From the NCBI RefSeq assembly GCF_900187275.1, contig NZ_LT906458.1, positions 930,001-962,000 of the forward strand: DNA of 32,000 nucleotides, read 5' to 3'. A model generated the notes under the pieces. The model did not search any database. It was not told the origin of the DNA and saw nothing but the letters and a program-made list of their open reading frames with translations. Below, one piece after another: positions 1-9,690 of the stretch. A program made the translations under genes and the position numbers. The stretch is from Pasteurella multocida (lineage in GTDB: Bacteria > Pseudomonadota > Gammaproteobacteria > Enterobacterales > Pasteurellaceae). How positions within the stretch are numbered: position 1 is the stretch's first letter; every line of letters begins with the position of its first letter.

Positions 1-1
1 A

Positions 2-385
2 ATTTTAGTCAAACGCTCGCGCGAACAATTAGAAATGGAAATTAGCCAATATACGATTATCGATCGCGATGGTGTGATTATTGCTTGTGCTGCCTTAAAT
101 TGCTATGCCGATGAGAAAATGGCAGAAATGGCTTGTGTGGCGGTTCACCCAGATTACCGTAATTCTTCGCGTGGCGATATTTTATTAGAAGCTATCCAAA
201 AACGGGCTAAACAACTGGGAATTGAAAAGCTGTTTGTTCTCACAACGCGTACAGTACATTGGTTCCAAGAAAGAGGTTTTCAACTCGCAGAGATCGCAGA
301 TTTACCAGACAAAAAACGTCAACATTATAATTATCAACGTCGTTCCAAAATCTTGATTCAAGCGCTACAAAATAAAAAAGGCTAA
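2..385 (+). CDS. argA: Amino-acid N-acetyltransferase (N-acetylglutamate synthase), C-terminal part; 5' end is outside the window
   Basis: The frame is open back to the window edge ([32 protein letters not shown]...). GNAT-domain residues [22 protein letters not shown] and [17 protein letters not shown] are typical of the ArgA C-terminus. Confidence 0.9.
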   Translation: MLVKRSREQLEMEISQYTIIDRDGVIIACAALNCYADEKMAEMACVAVHPDYRNSSRGDILLEAIQKRAKQLGIEKLFVLTTRTVHWFQERGFQLAEIADLPDKKRQHYNYQRRSKILIQALQNKKG

Positions 386-401
386 CTACGTTAGCCTTTT
401 T
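375..401. terminator. Rho-independent, probably bidirectional terminator between convergent argA and manA
   Basis: Perfect inverted repeat AAAAAGGCTAAC-TAC-GTTAGCCTTTTT overlapping the argA stop. Confidence 0.8.
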
Positions 402-419
402 CTCTTTTCGCTTCTTTAC

Positions 420-1622
420 TTAAGGCAGTGCAGAAATGACACAGTAGCCCTCTTCCAAACCTGTGATTTGATAGCCAGTTTCACTCTCAATAAAAGCTGA
501 TTCACCCTGTTTTAATTCAAGTACCTGCGTGCCTTGAGAAAGGGTAAGCTTTCCTTTCATCACTAACAAAATTTGTGCACTTTGCGCCTGGCAGGACTGT
601 GTTTGTCCTTGACAATAGTTAAATCGAGTAAGCGCAAAATCTTTAGCAGGAGTATGGTAAGTAAAATAAGCCTGTTGTGCTGGTGCCACTGGAATAATCT
701 CAGGTACCACTTCACGACAATCAATAATCGCTAGCAAGGCTTGGATATCCACATGTTTTGGGGTTAACCCACCACGAATCACATTATCTGAACACGCCAT
801 TAATTCAATATTTTGTCCACGTAAATACGCATGAGGAATACCCGCATCTTGGAAAATGCCCTCGCCTTCGCGTAAGTGCACAATATTAAATAAATAAAAG
901 CAAACAAGACCTGCATCCAATTTTGACGGTGCAATCGCCATCGCCTCCATCGTATAAAGAACCCAATAATCTGGATTGCTCAGCTCAAGTTGATTCGCGG
1001 CATATTTCGCTTTATTTTCTTCTATAATCGGCAATAACCATTGAGATAACTGTTCTTGATCTGCTTGCATAATGTCAGCATAAAAAGCATGCATATCTTG
1101 TTGTACAAGCTTCGTTGCCAGTCCTTGTAAAGAAGGACGTGCATTTAAGGTTGCAAGCATAGCCTGTTTCGTTTTAAACCCATGTAATAACCAAAAATCG
1201 GATAATGCAATCATCATTTCTGGCTTGTGATTATTGTCTTTATAAGTACGAATAGGACTTGTTAAGGCAATGCCTTGCGCATTCTCTTGCGCAAATCCAA
1301 TCTCTGCCTGTTTTTTTGTCGGATGTAATTGAATAGACAAGGGTTTTGCCACATCTAAAATCTTTAATAAATAAGGCAATTCTGAACCAAACTGGGACAG
1401 GCTCTTGTCGCCAAGTGCGGTTGGTTTTTGAGCTAAAAATGTAGCTAACGACGTTTCTTTGCCCTCAACATCAAGCATAGACGGTGCTGACACATGTGCA
1501 CCTAACCACCACTCTGCATAATACTGTTCTGTTTCTTTTTTCATCCCAAGTAAGGCAGGTAAATAGTCTTTCCCGCCCCAAACGTAATGCTGTAAACGAC
1601 CTGTTAATTGATAAATTCCCAT
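420..1622 (-). CDS. manA: Mannose-6-phosphate isomerase, class I
   Basis: 400 aa ORF with MGIYQLTGRLQHYVWGGKDYLPALL, LKILDVAKPLSIQLHPTKKQAE, YKDNNHKPEMMIAL and GLTPKHVD motifs. Confidence 0.95.
   Translation of the reverse strand: MGIYQLTGRLQHYVWGGKDYLPALLGMKKETEQYYAEWWLGAHVSAPSMLDVEGKETSLATFLAQKPTALGDKSLSQFGSELPYLLKILDVAKPLSIQLHPTKKQAEIGFAQENAQGIALTSPIRTYKDNNHKPEMMIALSDFWLLHGFKTKQAMLATLNARPSLQGLATKLVQQDMHAFYADIMQADQEQLSQWLLPIIEENKAKYAANQLELSNPDYWVLYTMEAMAIAPSKLDAGLVCFYLFNIVHLREGEGIFQDAGIPHAYLRGQNIELMACSDNVIRGGLTPKHVDIQALLAIIDCREVVPEIIPVAPAQQAYFTYHTPAKDFALTRFNYCQGQTQSCQAQSAQILLVMKGKLTLSQGTQVLELKQGESAFIESETGYQITGLEEGYCVISALP
1413..1421 (+). repeat. DNA uptake signal sequence core AAGTGCGGT
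   Basis: Exact AAGTGCGGT match within manA. Confidence 0.85.
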
Positions 1623-1633
1623 ATATTCCCCTG

Positions 1634-2092
1634 TTATTTATAACCACCAAAAAATTGAATAACCTGTTCACGATCTTGATCTGTCAACAAATGCACTAAC
1701 AAACGTTTCCCATTTTTCATGTCAATCACAAGAATATTATTCTCTGCCAAATTCACCTGATGAATATCAGCATATTGAAAATAAATATTACCGAAGAAAA
1801 ACCCTTTCTCTTTTAAGAGTAACATGGGGGCGCGAATAAACGCCGCATACACACTCAGTAAAATTAAAGCAGTTAATAAGTACAGAGTGGCCGACGAAAG
1901 ATTGGTATAGGTTTGGTAAATGATAATGCCTATTAATAGACTAAAAATTAACGCATCCTTTTGTCCCTGCTTTTTCAGATGTACCTTAAGTAAGGTTTTT
2001 CCTTTCCAACAGTCCATGAAAAACTGATCGTAAAAAGCATAAAGTAAAAAGCAGAAAATACCCAAACACAGTAAGACGTTTATTATCATCAA
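1634..2092 (-). CDS. UPF0266 (YobD/DUF986-like) small inner-membrane protein
   Basis: 152 aa, hydrophobic N-terminal half. It resembles the family from memory and sits near manXYZ as yobD does in enterics. Confidence 0.65.
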   Translation of the reverse strand: MMIINVLLCLGIFCFLLYAFYDQFFMDCWKGKTLLKVHLKKQGQKDALIFSLLIGIIIYQTYTNLSSATLYLLTALILLSVYAAFIRAPMLLLKEKGFFFGNIYFQYADIHQVNLAENNILVIDMKNGKRLLVHLLTDQDREQVIQFFGGYK

Positions 2093-2243
2093 TTATATTA
2101 CTCACAAATAACTTACTTAGCTTTATTTTACAAAAAAGAGATGAACGCATTCAGCCTTTTTTATTTCCCTATCTGATTAGAGATTAGAAGAAACCAACAC
2201 GAAAGTCGTTAAAGTCCGCACGGAAGTATCAATAAATTTGCTA

Positions 2244-2272
2244 AAAAAGATAGACATGATGTCTATCTTTTT
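2244..2272. terminator. Rho-independent terminator downstream of the porin gene
   Basis: Inverted repeat AAAAAGATAGAC-ATGAT-GTCTATCTTTTT shortly after the porin stop (2297, minus strand). Confidence 0.75.
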
Positions 2273-2296
2273 ATACGTCACTTTCCCAATAGAAAA

Positions 2297-3415
2297 CTAG
2301 AAAAATACGCGTAACCCTACCCCTAATTTATTATTTTTTACCTGATTGTTTGTACTGAATACTTTTACAGTTGGATTAACTTGATAATCATAAATATCAG
2401 AGGTGGCTTTCGCTTTCTCATACGCATATTCAACGTAAGCTAATACATTCTTATGCAATTTATAATCTGCACCCACAATCAACGTATCTACGCTTTTTTT
2501 CCAATTATGCACCACTAGGTAGTCAACTTCAGTACCAAATGCTAGATGATTTTTGACTTTTAAATTATTCCACTGAACATACACTTTTGACGGTTCAGTC
2601 ACTTGATAAGAAACGGATACGAGTAAATTCTGTATCGTTTTTTCTTTTGTATCATGTTCTTTACTGATCATTTTACCATATTCCGCGCCAAAACTCATAG
2701 AACCATACACAACTTGTGCAGCCATTCTCCAAGTAATATTAGTATATGCAGTTCGCGTACTCTCATAATCATATTTATTCACGCCATAACCCGCTGCCAA
2801 ATTTAGCATTAAATCCTGCGCTAACCCACGGCGATAGAATAACGACGTTTGATAAGCATATTTATCTTCATAATTACCTAGCGGATTATCTTTAACTGAA
2901 GTTTTTTTGTTCGCATTACCAAATACATAATCCAAACCTAAACTAAAACCGTGCCATTCTACTGAACGGAATTTAATAGATTTCTCAGCAGAAATTAATA
3001 AATTATTGTCAGCACCCCAAGCATAAGCATTATCATTAAGCTGGACATCATCCCCATTGGTAGCTTGTTTACCCAAAGTTAAAGTACCTATCCCTTCATA
3101 AGCTAAACCCGCGAATAACTTATTGGTGGTCGGATTACCAAATTTGCCTGAGGAAAATACATTATCCTCACTATCAAATCGGATTTCTAAACCACTTACT
3201 GCACTTAAACCACTCCCTAATTGATGAGTCACTTTCATGTCTAAACGAGAATCATCATTTTTTAAATCCACCCTTTTATTTTTTTCTTTAGCGAGTAATA
3301 CTCGAACAGATCCCCCAAGCTCGACAGTCGTGCCATCGTTATGATAAATAATGCTGGCATGTGCTGAAGTAGCAAATACGACTATTGTTGCTAGTGCGAT
3401 GATTGTTTTTTTCAT
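2297..3415 (-). CDS. Gram-negative general porin, OmpH/OmpC-like outer-membrane protein
   Basis: 372 aa with signal peptide MKKTIIALATIVVFATSAHA, strand-like alternation, DSRLDMKVTHQLGSGLSAVSGLEIRF, LFAGLAYEGIGTLTLGKQ, and C-terminal aromatic GLGVGLRVFF. Confidence 0.85.
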   Translation of the reverse strand: MKKTIIALATIVVFATSAHASIIYHNDGTTVELGGSVRVLLAKEKNKRVDLKNDDSRLDMKVTHQLGSGLSAVSGLEIRFDSEDNVFSSGKFGNPTTNKLFAGLAYEGIGTLTLGKQATNGDDVQLNDNAYAWGADNNLLISAEKSIKFRSVEWHGFSLGLDYVFGNANKKTSVKDNPLGNYEDKYAYQTSLFYRRGLAQDLMLNLAAGYGVNKYDYESTRTAYTNITWRMAAQVVYGSMSFGAEYGKMISKEHDTKEKTIQNLLVSVSYQVTEPSKVYVQWNNLKVKNHLAFGTEVDYLVVHNWKKSVDTLIVGADYKLHKNVLAYVEYAYEKAKATSDIYDYQVNPTVKVFSTNNQVKNNKLGVGLRVFF

Positions 3416-3654
3416 TAATGTTGATCCTCTTAAAACTTAGGTTATGTATAAAGCAGGATAATTTTTATAATAAAATCAGTTACTTTATATCACGTTCAAT
3501 TCTCACCCTCTCAAACCTATATGTCAATTTAATCCACTAAAGTAGATTAAACTTCTTGTTGCTAGCGCACATTCATTAAATAACATTCAGAAATATCAAG
3601 AATAATTAAAATATAAATTATTTATATAAAAATAATGTATTCAATAAATAAAAA

Positions 3655-3681
3655 AAGCCCTATATTTTCAGTATAGGGCTT
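3655..3681 (-). terminator. Rho-independent terminator of the manXYZ operon
   Basis: 10-bp stem AAGCCCTATA / TATAGGGCTT with 7-nt loop, followed by a T run when read on the minus strand, just past the manZ stop. Confidence 0.85.
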
Positions 3682-3703
3682 AAAAATTAATCGACTATAA
3701 AGA

Positions 3704-4540
3704 CTAAGCTAAAATGCCAGTCCATGCACCAAAAATACCGATGGCAAAGAAACCAATAATAATCCACAAGGCATTGACCCGGTTACGTAATAACCACATA
3801 CAAGCAAAGGTCAACAATAATGGTAATAAGCCCGGCATTAAGCTATCTAAAATGGTTTGAATCGTTTCCACTTTGGTGCTGCCATCTTGCATTTGAATAT
3901 TGGCAACAACAAAAGGAACGTTGATACTGGTCCATTTCTGAACAAGCGCTCCCATGATAAATAAACCAAGAATTGACGCGCCTTCAGTCAGTTTTTGCAG
4001 TAAACCACCGCTCATATCACCGACTACATCGAGACCTTTTTTATAACCATAGGTCACGCCAAAATAACGGGTAGCTAAACGCACAAGATTAAACAATACA
4101 AAGAACAAAATTGGACCTAAGATATTACCGTTAATCGCTAATCCGGCACCTAATGCCGCGAATACTGGACGCGCGGTTCCCCAATAAATCGGATCACCCA
4201 CACCAGCTAACGGTCCCATTAAACCGACTTTAATCCCGTTGATTGCTGCATCGTCAATTTCTTTACCATTTGCACGTTCTTCTTCCATTGCAATGGTGAC
4301 GCCTAATACTGGCGCGGCAACGAAAGGTTGTGTATTGAAGAATTCTAAATGGCGTTTGATGGCATCTTTACGTTCTTGTGAGTTTGGATCAGGATATAAA
4401 CGTTTGATAACCGGTACCATTGAATAGGCAAATCCAAGCGCTTGCATCCGCTCAAAGTTCCAAGACCCTTGGAAAAGATTAGAACGACGTACTACTGCAT
4501 TTAAATCGCTTTGCGTTACTTTTTTCATTTCAGTTGTCAT
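3704..4540 (-). CDS. manZ: PTS mannose-family transporter subunit IID
   Basis: 278 aa: RSNLFQGSWNFERMQALGFAYSMVPVIKRLYP, GPLAGVGDPIYWGTARPVFAALGAG; operon with IIC and IIAB genes. Confidence 0.95.
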   Translation of the reverse strand: MTTEMKKVTQSDLNAVVRRSNLFQGSWNFERMQALGFAYSMVPVIKRLYPDPNSQERKDAIKRHLEFFNTQPFVAAPVLGVTIAMEEERANGKEIDDAAINGIKVGLMGPLAGVGDPIYWGTARPVFAALGAGLAINGNILGPILFFVLFNLVRLATRYFGVTYGYKKGLDVVGDMSGGLLQKLTEGASILGLFIMGALVQKWTSINVPFVVANIQMQDGSTKVETIQTILDSLMPGLLPLLLTFACMWLLRNRVNALWIIIGFFAIGIFGAWTGILA

Positions 4541-4554
4541 TGTTGTAATTCCTA

Positions 4555-5358
4555 TTAATCTAATCTGTTATCAAGATCGTTGTTACCATTGCTCACCACT
4601 TGTACCACTTGCTTACTTTGGTTGTATTTCGGGTGAAGCTGAATATAAAGCACTGCCATGATCGCGCCTAATACCCCTAATGCCACTAAGTTAAACTCAG
4701 TGAAAGCTGCAATCACAAACCCTGCATAGAAGAATGGCATTAAATGCCCTGCACGCATCATATTGATCACCATTGCGTAACCCACGACAGCAATGAATCC
4801 ACCCGCTATTTTAAGCCCGGTCGTCACCACATCAGGAATCGCACTTAACATAGTTTGAACCGTATCTGTTCCCGCCGTCATGGCAACAATTAATGCAGGG
4901 ATTGCAATACGCATAGCTTGTAATAACAAAGCGGAACGGTGAATCCAATCTAATTTATTCAAATCACCGCTCTCAACAACATTATCCGCGGCATGTTGGA
5001 AACCAACCGTAATCGCACGGACAACATAAGTTAAGACTTGACCGGCTGCCGCCAATGGAATCGCAATCGCAATACCAGTTGAAATATCTTGACCACCGAC
5101 AATAACCAGAATAGTCGATACAACAGAAGCCAACGCCGCATCCGGCGCTAATGCTGCCCCGATATTCATCCAGCCTAAGGCTAACAATTCAAGCGTACCA
5201 CCAACAATGATACCCGTCTTAATGTCACCTAAGACAAGACCAATTAACGTACAAGCAATCAACGGACGGTGTGTTTGCCATTCATCCAAAATCGATCCCA
5301 TTCCTGATACACAAGCAACGAGAAAGACAAGTACAATTTGTAAAGTTGAAATTTCCAT
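4555..5358 (-). CDS. manY: PTS mannose-family transporter subunit IIC
   Basis: 267 aa: EISTLQIVLVFLVACVSGMGSILDEWQTHRPLIACTLIGLVLGD, GGTLELLALGWMNIGAALAPDAALAS. Confidence 0.95.
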   Translation of the reverse strand: MEISTLQIVLVFLVACVSGMGSILDEWQTHRPLIACTLIGLVLGDIKTGIIVGGTLELLALGWMNIGAALAPDAALASVVSTILVIVGGQDISTGIAIAIPLAAAGQVLTYVVRAITVGFQHAADNVVESGDLNKLDWIHRSALLLQAMRIAIPALIVAMTAGTDTVQTMLSAIPDVVTTGLKIAGGFIAVVGYAMVINMMRAGHLMPFFYAGFVIAAFTEFNLVALGVLGAIMAVLYIQLHPKYNQSKQVVQVVSNGNNDLDNRLD

Positions 5359-5382
5359 TCTAATTTCCTTTTCTTAATATCA

Positions 5383-6357
5383 TTAGATGAGATTATTTTT
5401 CTTTAATAAATCCATCATATACTGACGGCTATCATTTGAGACTTTACGCACATCAAGCTCAATGTTTTGTGCATCCAGTTTCTTAAATGCCTCAATATCT
5501 TTATCATCGACAGCAACCGCACTGGTGATCATTTTTTTGCCATCTTTATACGCCATACCACCAACATTAATTGATTTAAACGCCACACCTGCTTCCATTA
5601 AACGGACAACATCGGTCGGATTAGTAAACAATAACATCATACGCTCGCCCGCATATTCTGGGTTGTTATATACACGGATCATTTTTTCTACATCCACGAC
5701 ATGTGCAGTTACGCCCGGCGGTGCAACACTTTTCAACATGGTTGAACGTACACTGTCCTTAGCCACATCATCATTGACTACAACAATACGGCTCACTTTA
5801 CTTTCTTTCGTCCAACGGGTTGCGACTTGACCATGAATTAAACGGTCATCAATACGTGCCAAACCAATTTCTAAATGCCCAACACCATTTGCGGTAACAA
5901 TTGTCGGTTCAACGGTTTTTTCTTCCACATTTTGGACTGGTGTTGCGACTTCCTCTTCCTCATAGCGTAATGCACGCACACCGGTGCGACCCGTTTCAAG
6001 CGCAATCGCTACCAGTTCAGGTAATGTTGGTCCATCATCACGTGCCATAAAGGTTTCCACTAACATCGGGACATTTACCCCAGTCACAATATCCATATTT
6101 GGCTTGCCATCAGCAACGCGATTTGCCGCATTAAATGGACTGCCACCCCAAGTATCCACTAAAAACAACACCTCATCACAATGGGATAAAGTGGTTGATA
6201 GTTTTTCTTGGTATTTGGTCATGATAGTTTCAGCATTTTCTCCTGGAACAAAATCGATAGTAGCAACATTGTCTTGCTCACCAATCAACATTTCCGTAGT
6301 TTTCAGCAATTGCTCTGCTGCTACCCCATGAGTCGCTATCATAATAGCAATTGTCAT
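5383..6357 (-). CDS. manX: PTS mannose transporter subunit IIAB (fused)
   Basis: 324 aa: N-terminal IIA domain with MIATHGVAAEQLLKTTEMLIG, C-terminal IIB domain with LARIDDRLIHGQVATRWTKE. Confidence 0.95.
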   Translation of the reverse strand: MTIAIMIATHGVAAEQLLKTTEMLIGEQDNVATIDFVPGENAETIMTKYQEKLSTTLSHCDEVLFLVDTWGGSPFNAANRVADGKPNMDIVTGVNVPMLVETFMARDDGPTLPELVAIALETGRTGVRALRYEEEEVATPVQNVEEKTVEPTIVTANGVGHLEIGLARIDDRLIHGQVATRWTKESKVSRIVVVNDDVAKDSVRSTMLKSVAPPGVTAHVVDVEKMIRVYNNPEYAGERMMLLFTNPTDVVRLMEAGVAFKSINVGGMAYKDGKKMITSAVAVDDKDIEAFKKLDAQNIELDVRKVSNDSRQYMMDLLKKNNLI

Positions 6358-6435
6358 TGTTTGACTCCTTATAAAAATTAAAAATCAAATAGAGTTATCT
6401 GAGCGCGAATTATAGAGTAAAGGATGAAATAACGA

Positions 6436-6451
6436 TGTGATTTAGATCACA
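6436..6451. promoter_or_regulatory. CRP (cAMP receptor protein) binding site candidate upstream of manX
   Basis: TGTGATTTAGATCACA fits TGTGA-N6-TCACA exactly; 79 bp upstream of the manX start. Confidence 0.8.
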
Positions 6452-6747
6452 ATTTAATGGTATAGTTACGTTAAAAATGTTGTACATGTCACATTTTTGA
6501 CCAATTTTATGGCGTATTACACCATTCTCAGCGCAGTTAAAAGTACTTCATTTGCTGATTTAAAAAATTATTCAAAATTTTTAACATTTCAATAACATAA
6601 TCATTTAAGAAAAATAATATAATATTTTCATTCGCTTTATTCTTGCAAAGCCGTCAAAAATCCGTAAACTACGCGGCAATTTCTCATTCTGAGAAACCCC
6701 TCCTCCAACTTTAATGGGCTACCAGAGAGTAGCAAAAGGATCAAAAA

Positions 6748-7965
6748 ATGAATGACAATGTCAATAAAGACGGCTGGAAAGCTTTATTAGGATCTGCTGT
6801 CGGCTATGCAATGGATGGTTTCGATCTTCTTATCTTAGGTTTTATGTTATCGGCGATTTCTGCCGATCTCGCCTTAACCCCCGCCCAATCGGGCTCACTT
6901 GTCACTTGGACACTGATTGGCGCTGTCGCCGGTGGCATTATTTTTGGCGCACTCAGTGATAAATACGGTCGTGTACGTGTTTTAACGTGGACAATTGTGC
7001 TATTCGCTGTCTTTACCGGACTGTGTGCTTTTGCACAAGGTTACTGGGATCTCTTGATTTACCGTACCATTGCTGGCATCGGTCTTGGTGGCGAATTTGG
7101 TATCGGTATGGCATTAGCCGCCGAAGCCTGGCCGGCACGTCATCGTGCTAAAGCCTCTTCTTATGTTGCCCTAGGTTGGCAAGTGGGCGTACTGGGTGCC
7201 GCACTTCTCACACCATTATTATTACCGCACATTGGCTGGCGCGGCATGTTCTTGGTGGGCATTTTCCCTGCATTTGTCGCATGGTATTTACGTGCCAAAT
7301 TGCATGAACCAGAAATTTTTGTCAAAAAACAGACCGCACTTGAGCGTCAGAAAACTTCTCGTTTAGAGCCTTTCCGCTTACTGATTAAAGATAAAGCGAC
7401 AGCAAAAATTAGTGCCGGGATCGTGGTATTAACCTCAGTACAAAACTTCGGTTATTACGGGATCATGATTTGGATGCCAAATTTCTTATCAAAACAACTG
7501 GGATTTAGCTTGACCAAATCAGGTGTCTGGACCGCTGTCACTATTTGCGGGATGATGTTTGGTATTTGGTTATTCGGTCAACTTGCTGACCGCATTGGGC
7601 GTAAACCAAGTTTCTTACTCTTCCAATTCGGTGCGGTGATCAGTATTTTTACCTACTCTCAAATGTCAGATCCAACCTATATGTTGTTTGCTGGGGCAGT
7701 TTTAGGGATGTTCGTCAACGGGATGATGGGGGGCTATGGTGCATTGATGTCAGAGGCATACCCAACACAGGCTCGTGCTACAGCACAAAATGTATTATTT
7801 AACTTAGGACGTGCTGTTGGAGGATTTGGACCAATTGTAGTCGGCGCATTAGTTTCAACTTACTCTTTCCAATTGGCAATCGCTTTCTTAGCCAGTATTT
7901 ACATTATCGATATGATTGCGACAATCTTCTTGATTCCAGAATTAAAAGGTAAACAATTGGATTAA
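6748..7965 (+). CDS. MFS transporter, aromatic acid/sugar-type proton symporter subfamily; substrate unknown
   Basis: 405 aa, 12-TM character, GYAMDGFDLLILGFML, GALSDKYGRVRVL, GIGLGGEFGIGMALAAEAWPARHRAKASS, GQLADRIGRKPSF motifs. Confidence 0.85.
   Translation: MNDNVNKDGWKALLGSAVGYAMDGFDLLILGFMLSAISADLALTPAQSGSLVTWTLIGAVAGGIIFGALSDKYGRVRVLTWTIVLFAVFTGLCAFAQGYWDLLIYRTIAGIGLGGEFGIGMALAAEAWPARHRAKASSYVALGWQVGVLGAALLTPLLLPHIGWRGMFLVGIFPAFVAWYLRAKLHEPEIFVKKQTALERQKTSRLEPFRLLIKDKATAKISAGIVVLTSVQNFGYYGIMIWMPNFLSKQLGFSLTKSGVWTAVTICGMMFGIWLFGQLADRIGRKPSFLLFQFGAVISIFTYSQMSDPTYMLFAGAVLGMFVNGMMGGYGALMSEAYPTQARATAQNVLFNLGRAVGGFGPIVVGALVSTYSFQLAIAFLASIYIIDMIATIFLIPELKGKQLD
7333..7341 (-). repeat. DNA uptake signal sequence core
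   Basis: Exact ACCGCACTT on plus strand, within the MFS gene. Confidence 0.85.
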
Positions 7966-7972
7966 TCATACA

Positions 7973-8009
7973 AAAAAAGCGCGGTTCAATTTGACTTGAA
8001 CCGCTTTTG
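7973..8009. terminator. Hairpin terminator between the MFS gene and the small ORF on the opposite strand
   Basis: AAAAGCGCGGTTCAA / TTGAACCGCTTTT inverted repeat with a 2-nt bulge, flanked by A- and T-rich tracts. Confidence 0.6.
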
Positions 8010-8010
8010 A

Positions 8011-8352
8011 TCATTCTTTCTTCAACAAGACTTCGTGCGCTTGTTTTTGTTCTTTCATCTTTTCGCGAATTTCTCTACGCTGTTGCGAAATCTCCGCATT
8101 TCTGATCATGTAATCATCTACGCGTTTTTCATAATCTTCACGCATACTTTCAATAATCGTACGCACATCCTGAATCGACATGTCATCACGAATATATTGA
8201 TTTAAGTTATCTAGTAGTAATACACGTTTCTGATTATCACGAATTTTACGGTTATTATCTTCGCGATCGCGCGCGAGTTTGTTTTTTAAACGATACATAC
8301 GCACATACTCTAATACTTCTTGAAATGACTGTTTATTGACATTTTCCATCAT
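8011..8352 (-). CDS. Conserved-looking hypothetical protein, highly charged and predicted helical/coiled-coil
   Basis: 113 aa: [47 protein letters not shown]...; long charged-helix pattern, isolated ORF between genes. Confidence 0.65.
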   Translation of the reverse strand: MMENVNKQSFQEVLEYVRMYRLKNKLARDREDNNRKIRDNQKRVLLLDNLNQYIRDDMSIQDVRTIIESMREDYEKRVDDYMIRNAEISQQRREIREKMKEQKQAHEVLLKKE

Positions 8353-8538
8353 ACGACTCTCTTAAAATAAATAAAAAATAAACCGTACTTAATTTAGCTA
8401 TTTTTCACCTCCCCGTCAAAGCGTTCGTGAACTTTTTAAAAAATTAAACAAAAAAATCCGCTTATTTCAGCCTTCCCCCATTGCCTAGAATGGGTTGAGG
8501 TGATAAAACTAGTCAATTATTTTGAGTAAAAAAAGGAA

Positions 8539-9627
8539 GTGACTATGTCAAAGGTTTTTAATTTTAGCGCCGGCCCTGCCATGATGCCTGAAGCAGTCTT
8601 AGCGCAAGCACAAGCGGAGCTTTTAAACTGGCAAGAACAACAGACTTCTGTCATGGAAGTCAGCCATCGTGGTAAATTATTTATGGCATTAGCAAGCCAA
8701 TCTGAGTTAGATTTACGCCAGCTTTATCAGATCCCAGACAATTACCGCATCCTTTTCTTACAAGGTGGTGCTCGCGGGCAATTTGCTGCGATTCCAATGA
8801 ATTTATTAAAAGAAAAAGGCAAAGCCTTATATTTGACCAGTGGGCATTGGTCTGCCACCGCAGCCAAAGAAGCGCGCTTATTTGGTGACATTGATGAAGT
8901 CAATATTCTGGAAGAAGGCAACGAACTCAAGATCGGTCAGTTAGATTTTAGTCATATTGCCGACCAATATGATTATGTTCACTACTGCCCAAATGAAACG
9001 ATCAGTGGCGTAGAAATCTTTGATCTGCCAAAAGTGGGGAACGCTGTCTTAGTGGCAGATATGTCTTCCAATATTCTCTCACGCAAAATTGATATCAGCC
9101 AATTCGGCTTAATTTATGCGGGCGCACAAAAAAATCTTGGTCCAGCAGGAATTACTCTAGTCATTGTACGCGAAGATTTAATTGGTCATGCACGCCGAAC
9201 TACACCAACAATTTGGAATTACGAAATACAAAGTAAAGCTGACTCAATGATTAATACGCCACCCACCTTTGCTTGGTATTTATGTGCTTTAGTCTTCAAG
9301 CATCTTCTATCCCTTGGTGGGATCGAGGAAATCGAAAAACGTAATCAGGCAAAAGCACAACTGCTTTACGATTATTTAGAGAGTACACCGTTTTACCGTA
9401 ATCCAGTTGCCAAAGTAAACCGCTCACGCATGAATGTGACCTTTACTACCGATAATGATGAACTGAATGCAAAATTCGTTGCTGAAGCAACGGCTGCGGG
9501 ATTGCATGCCTTAAAAGGACATAAAGTGTTAGGTGGCATGCGCGCGTCAATCTATAACGCAATGCCGATGGAAGGAGTGCAAGCTTTAATTGCCTTCATG
9601 AAACAATTTGAAGCTGAAAACCGTTAA
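8539..9627 (+). CDS. serC: 3-phosphoserine/phosphohydroxythreonine aminotransferase
   Basis: 362 aa: VFNFSAGPAMMPEAVL, MEVSHRGKLF, FLQGGARGQFAAIPMNLL, LIYAGAQKNLGPAG. Confidence 0.97.
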   Translation: MTMSKVFNFSAGPAMMPEAVLAQAQAELLNWQEQQTSVMEVSHRGKLFMALASQSELDLRQLYQIPDNYRILFLQGGARGQFAAIPMNLLKEKGKALYLTSGHWSATAAKEARLFGDIDEVNILEEGNELKIGQLDFSHIADQYDYVHYCPNETISGVEIFDLPKVGNAVLVADMSSNILSRKIDISQFGLIYAGAQKNLGPAGITLVIVREDLIGHARRTTPTIWNYEIQSKADSMINTPPTFAWYLCALVFKHLLSLGGIEEIEKRNQAKAQLLYDYLESTPFYRNPVAKVNRSRMNVTFTTDNDELNAKFVAEATAAGLHALKGHKVLGGMRASIYNAMPMEGVQALIAFMKQFEAENR

Positions 9628-9636
9628 AAGTGCGGT
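9628..9636 (+). repeat. DNA uptake signal sequence core
   Basis: Exact AAGTGCGGT directly after the serC stop. Confidence 0.9.
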
Positions 9637-9690
9637 TTGTTTTCGCCAAATTTTACAACACAGTAAATATAAAAATAATAAAGGAACACT

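Noticed and set aside
1471-1699. Small ORFs 1471-1671 (-) and 1484-1699 (+)
   Set aside because: They overlap the manA 5' end in other frames and lack family-like features.
4239-6331. Plus-strand ORFs at 4239-4427, 5462-5830 and 5984-6331
   Set aside because: Antisense to strongly recognised manZ and manX coding sequence; shadow ORFs.
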